From UHGV virus genome UHGV-0356621: a stretch of 43,895 nucleotides of DNA; one strand, given 5' to 3'. Position 1 is the stretch's first letter; each line of letters begins with the position of its first letter. Below, piece by piece: positions 8,057-18,341 of the stretch. The notes beneath the pieces were generated by a model, which saw only the letters and a list, made by a program, of their open reading frames with translations, did not search any database and was not told the origin of the DNA. Both the position numbers and the translations under genes were made by a program. The DNA comes from a virus.

Positions 8057-9121
8057 TCATCCTGCGGTTTTGTTTATGGACGCTCCTGATTGCAAATCTC
8101 GCGCCCCCCTCGCAAAGCACATCAAATCCATGTACCACGCCTGACCTCTTGTGTCGCCAGTATAGTCGATAGCTTTGACGATATAAACGCCATCTGTAGC
8201 AATGCTGGCAGCCTGTGACGTCGTACCTGTCAGTACGCGGTTGCCGTTCTCTTCCGTCTCGGTGATACGCCCGGGCGACTGCGCGATTTCGCTATTGCCG
8301 AGTGCGGCGCGGTACACTGAAGCCTGATCGAGCTGGATAAGGCCATTAATGCGGATGTTGGGGTTTATCAAACACCGCACGTTTACGCCGCCGCCCATCG
8401 TCTGTTGCGGCATACCGATCAGGCCAGTATCGGCATTCAGCACGATGGCTTCGTGAATATATTTATCCTCCGGCACCATCTGGACCTGACCATCCACCAG
8501 CTGCCATGTCGCTTTGCACTGCGCAGCAATATTATCCATCACGTTACGGGTGGATGAGTAAATCGCGCGGCCACGAGGAAACACGGTATCAGGAAAGTCA
8601 CCGGTTATGCCCTGCGTTACGCCGAACGCGTTGAAATCCTGCATCGTCGCCCGGTGCAGATCCGCAACGGTATAACCGGCTGCAAGCGTGGTGATGGTAG
8701 TCGCATAGAGGAACGCTTCGTGGTCACCAATCGCCTGAATCAACACCCAGGAGTCGGTAATGTTATCCTTCCCGGTGACGGTGAAGCGAATATCACCGTC
8801 AAATATCAGGCCGTAGTTCTGACCGTTCACCTGCCCTACCTGGTCTGGTGAAATCTTCCGGGCGACACCAACCTGGCTCGCATCAACATCCGGCGCAATA
8901 CCGTCATACCCGGCAATGATGCGAATTTTTGCAAACTCCTGCCCCAGTATCTTGTTCGTGGTATCGGTCGAAAGGTTGTAAATTTTCACGTTCGCCACTC
9001 GCGGCCAGCGTGTATCTGCCCACTCGATCTGGAACGTGACCTTAAAATCAGACAGGGAAACGCCCTGCCCGTTCTGGTCCAACAGTTGCAGCTCAAAATG
9101 GCGCATCCAGTTAAGAGACAT
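8057..9121 (-). CDS. Baseplate hub / late-control-D-like tail protein
   Basis: 354 aa, lying between the tape-measure-proximal small genes and the spike gene. The call rests on position and size. Confidence 0.55.
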   Translation of the reverse strand: MSLNWMRHFELQLLDQNGQGVSLSDFKVTFQIEWADTRWPRVANVKIYNLSTDTTNKILGQEFAKIRIIAGYDGIAPDVDASQVGVARKISPDQVGQVNGQNYGLIFDGDIRFTVTGKDNITDSWVLIQAIGDHEAFLYATTITTLAAGYTVADLHRATMQDFNAFGVTQGITGDFPDTVFPRGRAIYSSTRNVMDNIAAQCKATWQLVDGQVQMVPEDKYIHEAIVLNADTGLIGMPQQTMGGGVNVRCLINPNIRINGLIQLDQASVYRAALGNSEIAQSPGRITETEENGNRVLTGTTSQAASIATDGVYIVKAIDYTGDTRGQAWYMDLMCFARGARDLQSGASINKTAG

Positions 9122-9123
9122 TT

Positions 9124-9429
9124 CTACTCCTGTACGAAAATGAGGTGGCTGTATGTGCCGAGGTTGGTTTTGGTGGGCTCGTCTGGTGCGCCCTTATCGG
9201 TCGCCACCACCAGCGCGCCATCAATGCCAAGCTGTGGATATTGTCGTAAAAGGTTTACGCCGGTCAGTAGAGGTACGCCAGAGAGAAGCGCGGCACCGCC
9301 GCTATCCATCACGTCCATAATCCAGCCAGCCGCATCACGCCAGATGATCCTGAGTGTATACGTGGTATTGCCCAGCAAAACTCGGAACCGCTGATTGTCA
9401 GGAGAAAGCGGTATTTCGTTAAACTGCAT
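9124..9429 (-). CDS. Small tail protein
   Basis: 101-aa ORF tightly packed in the tail operon; no motif recognised. Confidence 0.4.
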   Translation of the reverse strand: MQFNEIPLSPDNQRFRVLLGNTTYTLRIIWRDAAGWIMDVMDSGGAALLSGVPLLTGVNLLRQYPQLGIDGALVVATDKGAPDEPTKTNLGTYSHLIFVQE

Positions 9430-9430
9430 A

Positions 9431-10033
9431 TCATCCCCCGAATGCTGATGTAACGCTTCCGCCCAGCTGGCTCAGCAAGGATTCGTTTGGCGGTGTAGTG
9501 GATTTCATCCCGGAATTCTGCACCGCCGATGTGCTGACGCCATCCTGCATATCTGATTTATCTGCAACGCTAACGCTCTGCGTCTGCGACATGATCACTT
9601 CACGCAGGGTAAGCGTGCAGTTCAGCACGTTCTCGCTGGTTTTATCCGTTGTCACCTCGATGGCTCGCACCAGCATATTGCTGTAAACCCGCTTTCCGGT
9701 CACTACATCGAACGGCACCCGAGAGGACTGGAGATCCAGTAGTTGCTGATAGGTCTCTTTGGGGCTAAGTCCGGCGCTGAGGCCGATTGAAGATGTATCA
9801 ATGAAGTCCAGCAACGAACCGCCACCAGCGAAGCCGCATTCCATTGTGACTTCGCTGGGACGCTTATACGCATGATCGGCAATGAAACCCGATGCGCTAT
9901 TCGTTGTCGGCTTCTCCACCGGGTGCTCAGTAATTTCAAGCGCATCAGAATGCTTTTCGGAAACGACTACACTGGGGATGAGTATGCCAATTCGCCGGGA
10001 TTGCTGGCGAAAAATCGCTGATAAAATATCCAT
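9431..10033 (-). CDS. Tail/baseplate protein
   Basis: 200-aa ORF whose start shares base 10033 with the tape measure stop; no motif recognised. Confidence 0.4.
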   Translation of the reverse strand: MDILSAIFRQQSRRIGILIPSVVVSEKHSDALEITEHPVEKPTTNSASGFIADHAYKRPSEVTMECGFAGGGSLLDFIDTSSIGLSAGLSPKETYQQLLDLQSSRVPFDVVTGKRVYSNMLVRAIEVTTDKTSENVLNCTLTLREVIMSQTQSVSVADKSDMQDGVSTSAVQNSGMKSTTPPNESLLSQLGGSVTSAFGG

Positions 10034-12048
10034 TAGCTATTTCTCGTGATGAGTTGCTGAGTTAGAACAGAGTTGACACTCCCTTGGCGTTCAGCTGAGA
10101 GACGAGCCGCTTCACGTGGGTCGGAAACACCGTGGATGTTAATGTTCGTTTCCTGCTGAATCACCGGGGCGCTGGTGGGCATATTGCTCATCACTTTCGG
10201 AATGTAGTTGCGCGTTTCCTGCGGCATTAGCCCCATGCCATAGCGCTGAACGTTGCCGATCCCCCAGTTATATGATGCCAGTGCTTTGCTAAGGTCTCCG
10301 CCGTTCTGCCGCAACAGCTGGCTGAGGTACTTAGCTGCGGCCTGAGCTGACTTTTGCGGGTCGAATACATCGTTTCCGCGAAGGCCCATGTCTCGCGCCG
10401 TGCCATCCATGAACTGGAACAGACCTTTAGCGCCAGCGCCTGAAACGGCGAACTGATTACCGCCAGATTCCGTTATGGCCACACTGCGCAATAACCCCTC
10501 CGGAAGCCGGTAGAGCTGTTCCAGGTTGGTAAGCATCGGCTGCATCCATCCCAGCAGTTCAGAGCCTGCTTTGGTTGGCTGTGGCCGCTTAACTGACTGG
10601 CCGAGCTGTTCAGGCTCATCATCACCGAACCAGCCGCGCACCGTTCGGCCCACGCTGCGAGGATCGAATCCCCAGTGCTCTTTAATCCAGTCGGCTGTAC
10701 CGTTGGCGCTGTCTGTTACCATCGGCATCGCTGACGGATTTTCGCTGCCCTGATTTAGCAGCTGTTTGCCTATACTAGCGGCCTGCGCCCAGTTGCCATC
10801 TTTTATGGCATTCAGCAAATCAGCGATCATGTTCAGCATCTTGCCGAACTCACCCATTTGCGAAATGAAGTTGCTAAAATCCCACTTTAGGGACCATGAC
10901 TTGGGGTCAATACCGAGCAACTTAGCCAGCGCTTTTGTCAGGTCCGTAACAGTCTTTTTCAGGTCACCAATCATTTTGACGGCCTGATCAATTTCAGTCT
11001 TCCATTTCCCCCAGTCAATCAGGCTTTTGCCACCTTCTTTCCACGTCTGGTAATCATCCAAGAGCAGACCAAGTGCAATAATAAGCGTCGTTATCATGCC
11101 CAAGGGTGATGACATGAAAGCGGTATTTAGCAGCCGCCATGCAACCAACAGCCCACTGAACAATGCGATAAGCTGCTGCGTGGCTGGGTTCAGCTTTTTG
11201 AACCAGGCGATCACACCCTCAACAGCTTGCCCAGTTCGCCATAACACGCGGGTAATCGCGTCACCTGCCCAGAGAATTCCTTTGATGATCTTCGTGATGA
11301 CCGCTTCAATCTTCGGCCAGTTGTCGAGTATCTGCCTGCGGAAGTTATCAATACTGCCAGCAAGGCCACCAGCTAGGTTAGAGCCAATCTTGTCTTTCGC
11401 CTGTCCAAGCGTCATCGTCAGATTACGCATGGAGGTCATGAAAATATTGGACTGTTTAGCCGCTGACTCAGCATTAAAACCAATACGCTTTGCCGTCAAC
11501 GCGTACTCAGAACTGAGCTGCCCCATCCCTCTGCGCATCGCCATCAGCGTGTTTTCATCGATGCCAAGCATCTGCGCGTATTGCTTCGCGCGGTAATACG
11601 GCATGTTGTTGAGCTTTTGCCCAACGCCAGTAAAGATGGCCGCAGTATCACGCATCTTTCCGCTGGCATCTCGGGTCTGGACACCCAGACGGTTCAGGAA
11701 GCCTTCCGCCCCCGGATTGCTACGCATGAAACCGGCCAGCCCTTCGAGGGAGGACATGGCCGACTCGGCGCTGGCACCGGTTTGCGACGCGGCATAGCCC
11801 AGCGCTTTGATGCCCTGGACGCTGGCCCCCGTCCGTTGGGATGCCCAGTAAATTTTATCCAGACCATTCGCGATCTGGGTGGTAAATCCGACAATGCTCA
11901 GCGCTGCGCCTTCCACCACCGCGCCGACCTTCAGAACGTTTGCGGTAACGCCTTTCAGCACGGCTTCAAACTTATTAGCGCCAGCCTGATCGATATCGAA
12001 TCCCAGCGAAACAAGGAAGTCTTTAATCGTATCTGCGTTACCGCTCAT
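10033..12048 (-). CDS. Tape measure protein with C-terminal lytic transglycosylase (SLT) domain
   Basis: 671 aa with central hydrophobic/helical segments. The C-terminal LRSVAITESGGNQFAVSGAGAKGLFQFMDGTARDMGL...AAAKYL is the SLT catalytic-Glu motif. It follows the chaperone pair. Confidence 0.85.
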   Translation of the reverse strand: MSGNADTIKDFLVSLGFDIDQAGANKFEAVLKGVTANVLKVGAVVEGAALSIVGFTTQIANGLDKIYWASQRTGASVQGIKALGYAASQTGASAESAMSSLEGLAGFMRSNPGAEGFLNRLGVQTRDASGKMRDTAAIFTGVGQKLNNMPYYRAKQYAQMLGIDENTLMAMRRGMGQLSSEYALTAKRIGFNAESAAKQSNIFMTSMRNLTMTLGQAKDKIGSNLAGGLAGSIDNFRRQILDNWPKIEAVITKIIKGILWAGDAITRVLWRTGQAVEGVIAWFKKLNPATQQLIALFSGLLVAWRLLNTAFMSSPLGMITTLIIALGLLLDDYQTWKEGGKSLIDWGKWKTEIDQAVKMIGDLKKTVTDLTKALAKLLGIDPKSWSLKWDFSNFISQMGEFGKMLNMIADLLNAIKDGNWAQAASIGKQLLNQGSENPSAMPMVTDSANGTADWIKEHWGFDPRSVGRTVRGWFGDDEPEQLGQSVKRPQPTKAGSELLGWMQPMLTNLEQLYRLPEGLLRSVAITESGGNQFAVSGAGAKGLFQFMDGTARDMGLRGNDVFDPQKSAQAAAKYLSQLLRQNGGDLSKALASYNWGIGNVQRYGMGLMPQETRNYIPKVMSNMPTSAPVIQQETNINIHGVSDPREAARLSAERQGSVNSVLTQQLITRNS

Positions 12049-12651
12049 TGGCCGCTCTCCATTTATCTACCCGGGCGTCGTTATCCTCGCGCATGTCGAG
12101 GTAGTCATTGAGAAGCGCGATACGGCAGAGGTCTACCGCACCGCTGTTAAGGTCTTTCTGGTCAATATGGAAGGCAAGCGCCGGACGAAGAATAAAGTCT
12201 TCACCGCCCGGCAGGCTGTTGAAGGTTATTCCGCTGGCGGGGTGGGCGTCTCGCTGGTAGGGAGTCCTTGCAAAAAATTTCCCAGCGAGTCGGCGACCAC
12301 CCGCGCCACCAGTTGCAGCATGGTAAGCAGGTCGATATCGTCAAACGCCATTTCGCCATGCTGGCAGACCGGCACCCAGCCTTTCATGTGCTCGCGTGAA
12401 ACAACGGAAAGGCAGGGGAACAGGATAGCGTCAACGTCGCCATCGCTCAGATCGGACACAGCATTGGCAATCTTTGGCAGGATGGTAGCCATCGCGCCTT
12501 CGGTGTCTTTGCTGCTGATCTTCTCCTGAACGCTCCGGAAGTCAGAAACCATCCCGGCCAGCACCGGCAACAGCTTTCGGGACACCTTCAGCTGTTCGAA
12601 AACGCTGAGCTTTGCGGTGCGATATTTCACGCCTTTAATTTCGAATTCCAT
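12038..12651 (-). CDS. Tail assembly chaperone, -1 frameshift fusion product (GT-like)
   Basis: After A_AAT_TTT (12274-12280) the -1 frame stays open for about 80 codons (KFFARTPYQRDAHPASGITFNSLPGGEDFILRPALAFHIDQKDLNSGAVDLCRIALLNDYLDMREDNDARVDKWRAANER). It stops at 12038, just inside the tape measure gene. I checked this codon by codon. Confidence 0.7.
12226..12651 (-). CDS. Tail assembly chaperone (G-like, zero-frame product)
   Basis: 141-aa acidic protein between the tube and tape measure genes. It carries a slippery site near its 3' end. Confidence 0.7.
   Translation of the reverse strand: MEFEIKGVKYRTAKLSVFEQLKVSRKLLPVLAGMVSDFRSVQEKISSKDTEGAMATILPKIANAVSDLSDGDVDAILFPCLSVVSREHMKGWVPVCQHGEMAFDDIDLLTMLQLVARVVADSLGNFLQGLPTSETPTPPAE
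12274..12280 (-). promoter_or_regulatory. Programmed -1 ribosomal frameshift heptamer A_AAT_TTT
   Basis: Minus-strand sequence is ctg gga aat ttt ttg. The heptamer sits in the correct X_XXY_YYZ phase of the chaperone frame. Confidence 0.7.
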
Positions 12652-12654
12652 GCG

Positions 12655-13095
12655 TTAAAACTCCCCGAGCAGCTGGTCAATCTTGCCGCAGTCGAATACC
12701 CAGGCGACGGTTCCGCCCTCTTTAGCGTTATTGAAATCAGGCTGTTTCTGGAATGCACACGAACGCGCAGTAGAAATATCACCCGATGCCGTGTTGCGAA
12801 TAACGATCACGTTATTGCCCCAGGTTGCAGAGGACTGGCTCTGCGCGTTGTACGCCAGCGACAGCTTCTTGTTTACCGGTGATGTTTTCAGCAGGGTGAC
12901 CGTGATTGTTCCGCTTTTCCCGGCGTGCAGGCTATGCATCACCTCGCCGCCAGCTCCGATCGTCATGGTGTTTTTGTTCTCGGTCATGGTGACCGTGATG
13001 CCCTCTTCCGAGTTGGCAGAGCCGTAACCGAGATCGATAACCCCAGTTGGTCCGGTCATGGACGCGGTGACATCTATAAAGCTATAGGTTGACAT
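12655..13095 (-). CDS. Tail tube protein (DUF3277-like)
   Basis: 146 aa, directly after the sheath gene and before the chaperone. The family assignment is from memory. Confidence 0.65.
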   Translation of the reverse strand: MSTYSFIDVTASMTGPTGVIDLGYGSANSEEGITVTMTENKNTMTIGAGGEVMHSLHAGKSGTITVTLLKTSPVNKKLSLAYNAQSQSSATWGNNVIVIRNTASGDISTARSCAFQKQPDFNNAKEGGTVAWVFDCGKIDQLLGEF

Positions 13096-13105
13096 TCATT
13101 GCTCC

Positions 13106-14596
13106 TTAGCGAACCACATTGATGAGGACATCAGCGAAGTGAATGGCGCCCGCCAGTTTCGCCGCCACCTGAATCACCGGAGCTTTACGCGCTTCGCGAT
13201 CTGCCTGCGCCTGAGAGTTGAGGGGATTCGCGTAAACGTAATAACCCTTTGTCAGCGTGTCGCCCGGAGCTAACTGGCCGATACTTCCGCCGTTCCATAA
13301 CCCCGGAGCAACCAGCCCGTTATTCACTGACTGATCCATCGACTGCTCGATGTTCGTCACCAGGCGTGTCACACCGGCTTCGGTTTGTGGGATTTTGGTG
13401 GTGGAGGTGTAAAGCAGATTCCAGAGGTTGTTCTGGACATAGTTCTGTAGCCAGTCGAGACCGTGGCGCTCATCGAAGAAATCACCGTTGCACATCACGC
13501 CTTCCTGGATGATGGCGGTGTCGTTGGTGTAGCGTACGAACACGTTGCAGTTTTTGGCCTTCAGCGTGTCTGCCTGCTGCGCGGTGATCGTCTCTGCAGC
13601 GATGCCGGGCTCCTGCTTGAACTTCAGGGTAATGGTGGTGTTATTGCCCAGGAAGTTCACGGTAAATGCCCGGCCAAATGCTGACGCCGCGGCATAAGGC
13701 ACCTGGCTGTACTGACAGAAGGTGCGGCCGTAGCCCGCCGCTTTCAGCTTGTAGGCAATATCCGTGGTACTGGTTGCATCCAGAACCGCCGATGCGGAAG
13801 TGGTTACACCATACACGCGGGAGTCACTTGCAGAGCCAATCAGCGCGGAAACATCGATATGGTTCTGATCTGTCATCGCCGTGTCGGCAATTACCAGGCC
13901 ATACCAGTCGGCGGAGTAGTTCAGGGCGGTAGTGACCGACGGGAGAACTGAAGAGGACGCCGCCTGGCCGTTTACCACCGTGGGGTTGTGTGCTGAATCA
14001 ATGCCCAGTAGTGGAGCCAGGTCGGTGCCGGTTCCCGCAGCCGTCGGGATCCCGATAGCAGACGCCGCCCCGGTGGTGGTCGAGGTGATAACGAACTGGC
14101 TGGAGCCAGCCACCCAGGACACCGTAGCGCCGGTCATCTTCGCTGTAATCGCCGTCGCGACGCCAGCAAGGTCGGTAACCGCCGAGAGGTTAATCGCGGT
14201 GAGCGTTACAACTGTGCCGTTAATCGAAAGCTTCAGAGCGCCAGCTGTCACCGCTGTGAAGTTCGACAGCGCCTTTTCAGCCGTGGAGAGGACAGCGCCG
14301 GTCAACTTGCCTGATGAGGCAGAGACAGAGGTGCGGGCCAGTTTGCCGATGTACAGATCGCGAGGCTGCGGCGACTGCTGGAAGTAAAGATTAGCCGCTT
14401 TGTACTCTTCAGCACTGGTGCCAAAGTCCGTAGCGACGCTTTCAATGCTCTGATAGAGGCGCATCACCTCTGGTGCGGTGATCACGCTGGACGTGCCAAG
14501 CACCAGCAGCGCCCCAAAGTTGCGCCCGGCCGCCGCACGAACGGCGAGCGACACCTGCACGTTCACGACGCGCTGGACAGATAAGCCGTTAGGCAT
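13106..14596 (-). CDS. Tail sheath protein (DUF3383-like)
   Basis: 496 aa, upstream of the tube gene. The Ala/Thr/Ser-rich central insertion and conserved C-terminal region are typical of this sheath family (from memory). Confidence 0.65.
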   Translation of the reverse strand: MPNGLSVQRVVNVQVSLAVRAAAGRNFGALLVLGTSSVITAPEVMRLYQSIESVATDFGTSAEEYKAANLYFQQSPQPRDLYIGKLARTSVSASSGKLTGAVLSTAEKALSNFTAVTAGALKLSINGTVVTLTAINLSAVTDLAGVATAITAKMTGATVSWVAGSSQFVITSTTTGAASAIGIPTAAGTGTDLAPLLGIDSAHNPTVVNGQAASSSVLPSVTTALNYSADWYGLVIADTAMTDQNHIDVSALIGSASDSRVYGVTTSASAVLDATSTTDIAYKLKAAGYGRTFCQYSQVPYAAASAFGRAFTVNFLGNNTTITLKFKQEPGIAAETITAQQADTLKAKNCNVFVRYTNDTAIIQEGVMCNGDFFDERHGLDWLQNYVQNNLWNLLYTSTTKIPQTEAGVTRLVTNIEQSMDQSVNNGLVAPGLWNGGSIGQLAPGDTLTKGYYVYANPLNSQAQADREARKAPVIQVAAKLAGAIHFADVLINVVR

Positions 14597-14599
14597 GGT

Positions 14600-15163
14600 T
14601 TATTCTCCAAAAAAGGTGACTGGCGCTTCCACCAGCGATTTAATGCCGTACTCGCGCACAACCTTCCGGCGCAGGCGCACCGTCATGTCGTAGCGGCGAA
14701 CCCATTGCTGGTTGATAAGTTCGGGGAAAGGGGTCAGACCGGTATAGTCGCCCAGGGACAAACCAAGCGCGTTCAGCTCAGCATTGTTTTGCGGGACAGA
14801 TATGCCATCACGAAAACGGGAAGCATAAGACATACCAGCCGGGCCATAGAACGACGCCATGCACTCGAACGTTTCATGCCGCCAGAGCTGAGCGCCCTCA
14901 TCGGTCTGCCTGGTGAATGCAGGACTGTTATCAATGGGCCACCCGGTAACGCCGAACGCACACCAGTTCGTTTCAACTGACGGTAGTGATGGCTGTTCTT
15001 TCTGCCAGCGCGGGCGAACCATCCCAGCCGGCAAGCCGGAAACGTTGCGCATCCACTGGCTTAACAGCCTGTCGAGCGCTTCGTCATAATCCGGATCGCC
15101 GCTGGTAGGTGTCAGCCAGCCGCGCTGTGTGCTGGTGTTATTGCTCAACGGGAGTACCCCCAT
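14600..15163 (-). CDS. Neck/tail-terminator region protein
   Basis: ORF in the head-tail joining block. Start taken at the internal ATG (MGVLPLSNN...); the track start at 15205 is also possible. Confidence 0.45.
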   Translation of the reverse strand: MGVLPLSNNTSTQRGWLTPTSGDPDYDEALDRLLSQWMRNVSGLPAGMVRPRWQKEQPSLPSVETNWCAFGVTGWPIDNSPAFTRQTDEGAQLWRHETFECMASFYGPAGMSYASRFRDGISVPQNNAELNALGLSLGDYTGLTPFPELINQQWVRRYDMTVRLRRKVVREYGIKSLVEAPVTFFGE

Positions 15164-15527
15164 CAAACGGCAACAGTTCGCAATGTGCCTGGACGAAGCC
15201 AGCACCGTAAGCGGTATACGGATCGACGAATGTCACACGATAATCACGGTTCTGATACGTCACGATATCGGCATCACGGCCAGTCTGCCCCTGCGTCAGT
15301 CGCTCAGTCGTCACGATGAGAATCGCGCCACTGATAACCTGTCCGGCCTGCATGCGGCGGTTTTCCAGAGAGCGGTCAACGGTAACAACTCCGGCAAACT
15401 GCGTTTTAACATCGCTGTCGCTGCCGATCCCGTCCTCGTCCACCGTTTGCGCGCGACGCGTTACCCACAGGTTGAAGTCGCAAAAATCGGGGTCAAAAAG
15501 CACGTCTGTTACATCAAGAGTCGGCAT
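15138..15527 (-). CDS. Head-tail joining protein
   Basis: 129-aa ORF in the connector block; position only. Confidence 0.4.
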   Translation of the reverse strand: MPTLDVTDVLFDPDFCDFNLWVTRRAQTVDEDGIGSDSDVKTQFAGVVTVDRSLENRRMQAGQVISGAILIVTTERLTQGQTGRDADIVTYQNRDYRVTFVDPYTAYGAGFVQAHCELLPFDGGTPVEQ

Positions 15528-16101
15528 CTTTATCCCTCACAACATGGGTAATGGCTCTGCGGTATTGTCCGGTATCAATCAACGGCCTTACATTCTCATT
15601 GCTTATCAATTGACCAGAATCTGGGTTGATAGCATTAAGCTTTCCGTCTGCCGATCTGCGTGCTAACTCCGCTTTCGCCCCTTTACGCCCGCGACGCGCG
15701 CGTGCTTCAACGGTGCTATCAGCAAGCGGCGTAAAACCGGTAATGGTCATGTAACGCCTGACACCGTTAGCAGCCAGCGTACCCGCCTGGTTGAGAGCTC
15801 TTTCAGCGCCATCCGCATTACCATCAAGCGCAGCCTGCGCCGCTGCTTTGAGCTGCGGCACTGTCTGTTCCTCTACTGATTTAACGCCGGGGACCAAGTG
15901 CGGGCGTGGGGGGATGTTTTGCGCCGGTGAGCCGTATTCGTTGACGTAACCGATCCCGGCATTGCCAAACGGAACATCTTCACGCTCGCTGTCTTCCGAA
16001 GGGATGCCGACCAGCACATCCTTTTTGGTTAGCGACCTGAGCGCATCCAGAATGGCCTGAGCGTTATCCACCCTCGTTGTTACACCGCTTTTGAAACTCA
16101 T
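15514..16101 (-). CDS. Head-tail joining / head completion protein
   Basis: 195-aa ORF in the connector block; position only. Confidence 0.4.
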   Translation of the reverse strand: MSFKSGVTTRVDNAQAILDALRSLTKKDVLVGIPSEDSEREDVPFGNAGIGYVNEYGSPAQNIPPRPHLVPGVKSVEEQTVPQLKAAAQAALDGNADGAERALNQAGTLAANGVRRYMTITGFTPLADSTVEARARRGRKGAKAELARRSADGKLNAINPDSGQLISNENVRPLIDTGQYRRAITHVVRDKDADS

Positions 16102-16505
16102 AGCTGGCGACCGCCCGCACCGAACATCGTGATCAGCTGATAAAATTCAGCGCCATATCGGGTGTTATTCCAGAAGCCCGCGTCTGGATTGAGTGTCATG
16201 CTGGTGTCATAGCTGACGCTAACCTTGTCAACAGACTTGGAGGACTGCACGCCATTGGTTGAACCACCCGGGCCACCAACCAGCATCGCCCGGCTATCTG
16301 CCGCCCAGAGCGTCATGTAGTGCGCCACGAACAACTCGGCAAAGTACGGAAACAACTTTTTGCCGGTGACGTTTTCACTCAGCAGCTCATCGGCCAGATT
16401 CAGGCGAAATTCGATTTGGGGATCGGGATATTTTGCCGGGTCAGCAAACTGCGGGAAGTCGCGCCGAAAATCACTTACTGTTGGCAGGCTTTGATTCTTT
16501 GACAT
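16098..16505 (-). CDS. Head-tail connector protein (DUF4054-like)
   Basis: [22 protein letters not shown]... resembles the DUF4054 N-terminus (from memory). The ATG at 16505 is chosen over the track start at 16541. Confidence 0.5.
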   Translation of the reverse strand: MSKNQSLPTVSDFRRDFPQFADPAKYPDPQIEFRLNLADELLSENVTGKKLFPYFAELFVAHYMTLWAADSRAMLVGGPGGSTNGVQSSKSVDKVSVSYDTSMTLNPDAGFWNNTRYGAEFYQLITMFGAGGRQL

Positions 16506-16839
16506 CTTTCGCCCCATTACCGCCAGTCTGGGCGGCAGCAATCTGCGCTTGCAGGCCGTCGTTCTGCTCCTGCAGCTTGAGCAGCGCTTCTTTCAGATCG
16601 GCAATCAGCTTATCTTTATCGGCAATCTGCGCTTGCAGGCCGTCGATAATGGGTTGCAGATCATCGGTGTTGCTAATCACGCTTTCGGAAAGCTCAGAGT
16701 GCGCCTGGGTGAACCAGTGCGCCGCGACCTCTTCCGACACATTATGCCGCCCCCGGCCAAACTCCTGTTTTGACTGATCGCCGAGCGTCAGCGTAAACGG
16801 GGTGTGAACATGGATGGTAACCAGCTTTTCTTTCGCCAT
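16471..16839 (-). CDS. Small coiled-coil head-associated protein
   Basis: 122 aa, just downstream of the capsid gene. It contains a duplicated DGLQAQIA heptad segment encoded by a perfect 24-bp repeat. Confidence 0.5.
   Translation of the reverse strand: MAKEKLVTIHVHTPFTLTLGDQSKQEFGRGRHNVSEEVAAHWFTQAHSELSESVISNTDDLQPIIDGLQAQIADKDKLIADLKEALLKLQEQNDGLQAQIAAAQTGGNGAKDVKESKPANSK
16538..16645. repeat. Perfect 24-bp direct repeat GCAATCTGCGCTTGCAGGCCGTCG (16538-16561 and 16622-16645)
   Basis: Read directly. The period is 84 bp (28 codons), inside the coiled-coil ORF. Confidence 0.9.
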
Positions 16840-16854
16840 TTTCAGTTTCCTTCT

Positions 16855-16870
16855 GGCCCCTTTCGGGGCC
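16855..16870 (-). other. GC hairpin GGCCCC-gaaa-GGGGCC directly after the major capsid gene
   Basis: 6-bp GC stem with a GAAA tetraloop, 11 nt after the capsid stop. There is no U-tract, so it is more likely an mRNA-stabilising or attenuating hairpin than a full terminator. Confidence 0.6.
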
Positions 16871-16880
16871 GTTCTGGTTA

Positions 16881-17822
16881 TCAGATACCGTCCACGTAGG
16901 ACAGGGTTTCTTTGTACACTGGCTCAACCGCACCGAGCTTGCCGTAGTAGGTCGCAATCTGGTACAGACCGCGATACTGGATAGGAACGCTCTGCAACGG
17001 CACCAGCGGATAGCGCACGTATTTCTTGTCGTTGGTGTAGGCGACCATACGGTCTTTACCGCCAACCCCGCGCCCTTTCAGCCATTTAACCGCTTTGATT
17101 TCCAGCGGAACGCCGTTCTGGTGGAAAGCGATAGTGTTCACGGCCAGATAGGTCAGCAGCGACTGGTTACCCGCTTCGGAAACCTTACGGCTCGCCAGCA
17201 GTGAATACTGCTCTGGCGGAATGCGCAGATCAGAAGGCACGACGGAATAACCGGATGCTGCCCAGGCATTCGACAGAATGCTGTTCACGCTATCGAGAAT
17301 CTCGTCGTTGGTGGAGTTCGCCCAGGTCTTCGGCGCATTGTTCAGCGTCACACCGACAAGGTTTGCCAGCCCTTTCAGGCCGAGCGCATCATCGCCAATG
17401 TAAACCTGCTCGTCGTTGTCCATTTGCCATTTGAGCTGCATCCCGTCGTACTTCTGGGTATCAATCGGGCGACCTACCTGCTGAGCTGCTGCCAGCTCTA
17501 CAACGGTCCAGCCCAGTTCCATGCCCCAGAGGTTCAGCGGATTGCCGTCTTTGCCGATATCAACATTCACGCCAGCAATAGCAGTGGAGTCTTTGCCTAC
17601 CCAGTTTTTACCGTTCGGATTTGCGCCAGTACCAGCAGCGCCAAAACTGGTGTTAGTCCAGCTGGAAATGTCATCTGCGATAGAAACGTCTTCACGCAGC
17701 TGAATATCGCGGGTCCAGGTGTAACCCACCAGCGGCAGGTTCAGCGTCTGGTCGAGTCGCTCCAGCTCCCCGATGAGAAAGGCACCAGAGCTATCAACGG
17801 TTGCCTGATCAAAAGTAATCAT
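16881..17822 (-). CDS. Major capsid protein
   Basis: 313 aa. It lies after the scaffold and decoration-like genes and before the connector genes, followed by a strong hairpin. The sequence composition is typical of HK97-fold capsid proteins of this head module. Confidence 0.75.
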   Translation of the reverse strand: MITFDQATVDSSGAFLIGELERLDQTLNLPLVGYTWTRDIQLREDVSIADDISSWTNTSFGAAGTGANPNGKNWVGKDSTAIAGVNVDIGKDGNPLNLWGMELGWTVVELAAAQQVGRPIDTQKYDGMQLKWQMDNDEQVYIGDDALGLKGLANLVGVTLNNAPKTWANSTNDEILDSVNSILSNAWAASGYSVVPSDLRIPPEQYSLLASRKVSEAGNQSLLTYLAVNTIAFHQNGVPLEIKAVKWLKGRGVGGKDRMVAYTNDKKYVRYPLVPLQSVPIQYRGLYQIATYYGKLGAVEPVYKETLSYVDGI

Positions 17823-17833
17823 TCGTCTGTTCC

Positions 17834-18337
17834 TTAAATCTTCCAGGAGATTTCTGCATTGCCGTTAGCGTCACCGGCCCCTGTGAATTCGGCGTTGGTC
17901 AGCGCCACGTTTTTGCCACTGACGGACGTGGACATGAAGCCGCCCAGCGGCACTTTGATGGATACATCAGTGGAGACGACAACGTATACCGGGTCGCCTT
18001 TTTTGATGGTGCTGGCATCAAAATCAGAACCGAGATTAACGGTCATGTAGCCACGCTTCATGGCGTCACCCGGGAAGTTCTTATCCGTCCCCACCTGGCG
18101 AACCATGTCTGGCTGCGATGTGGTCGGATACGGACGAACGTAGATCCCCTTCACCTTGTCGGCGGTGTCACCGTCCGCCAGCGGCACGAAAAAGCCGTCA
18201 GCATCATATTTGCCAGCCAGACCATAGGCAGCGAAGGCGTTAGCGGATTTAAGGATCACCGGTTCGACGGTTAAGTCCTGCGGGCGAGAGATAGCCCCGG
18301 CAATGCCAACAGGCATCCGGTACAGATATGCAGTCAT
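17834..18337 (-). CDS. Head structural/decoration-like protein (DUF2190-like)
   Basis: 167 aa, immediately upstream of the capsid gene. The family assignment is from memory. Confidence 0.45.
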   Translation of the reverse strand: MTAYLYRMPVGIAGAISRPQDLTVEPVILKSANAFAAYGLAGKYDADGFFVPLADGDTADKVKGIYVRPYPTTSQPDMVRQVGTDKNFPGDAMKRGYMTVNLGSDFDASTIKKGDPVYVVVSTDVSIKVPLGGFMSTSVSGKNVALTNAEFTGAGDANGNAEISWKI

Positions 18338-18341
18338 TGGA

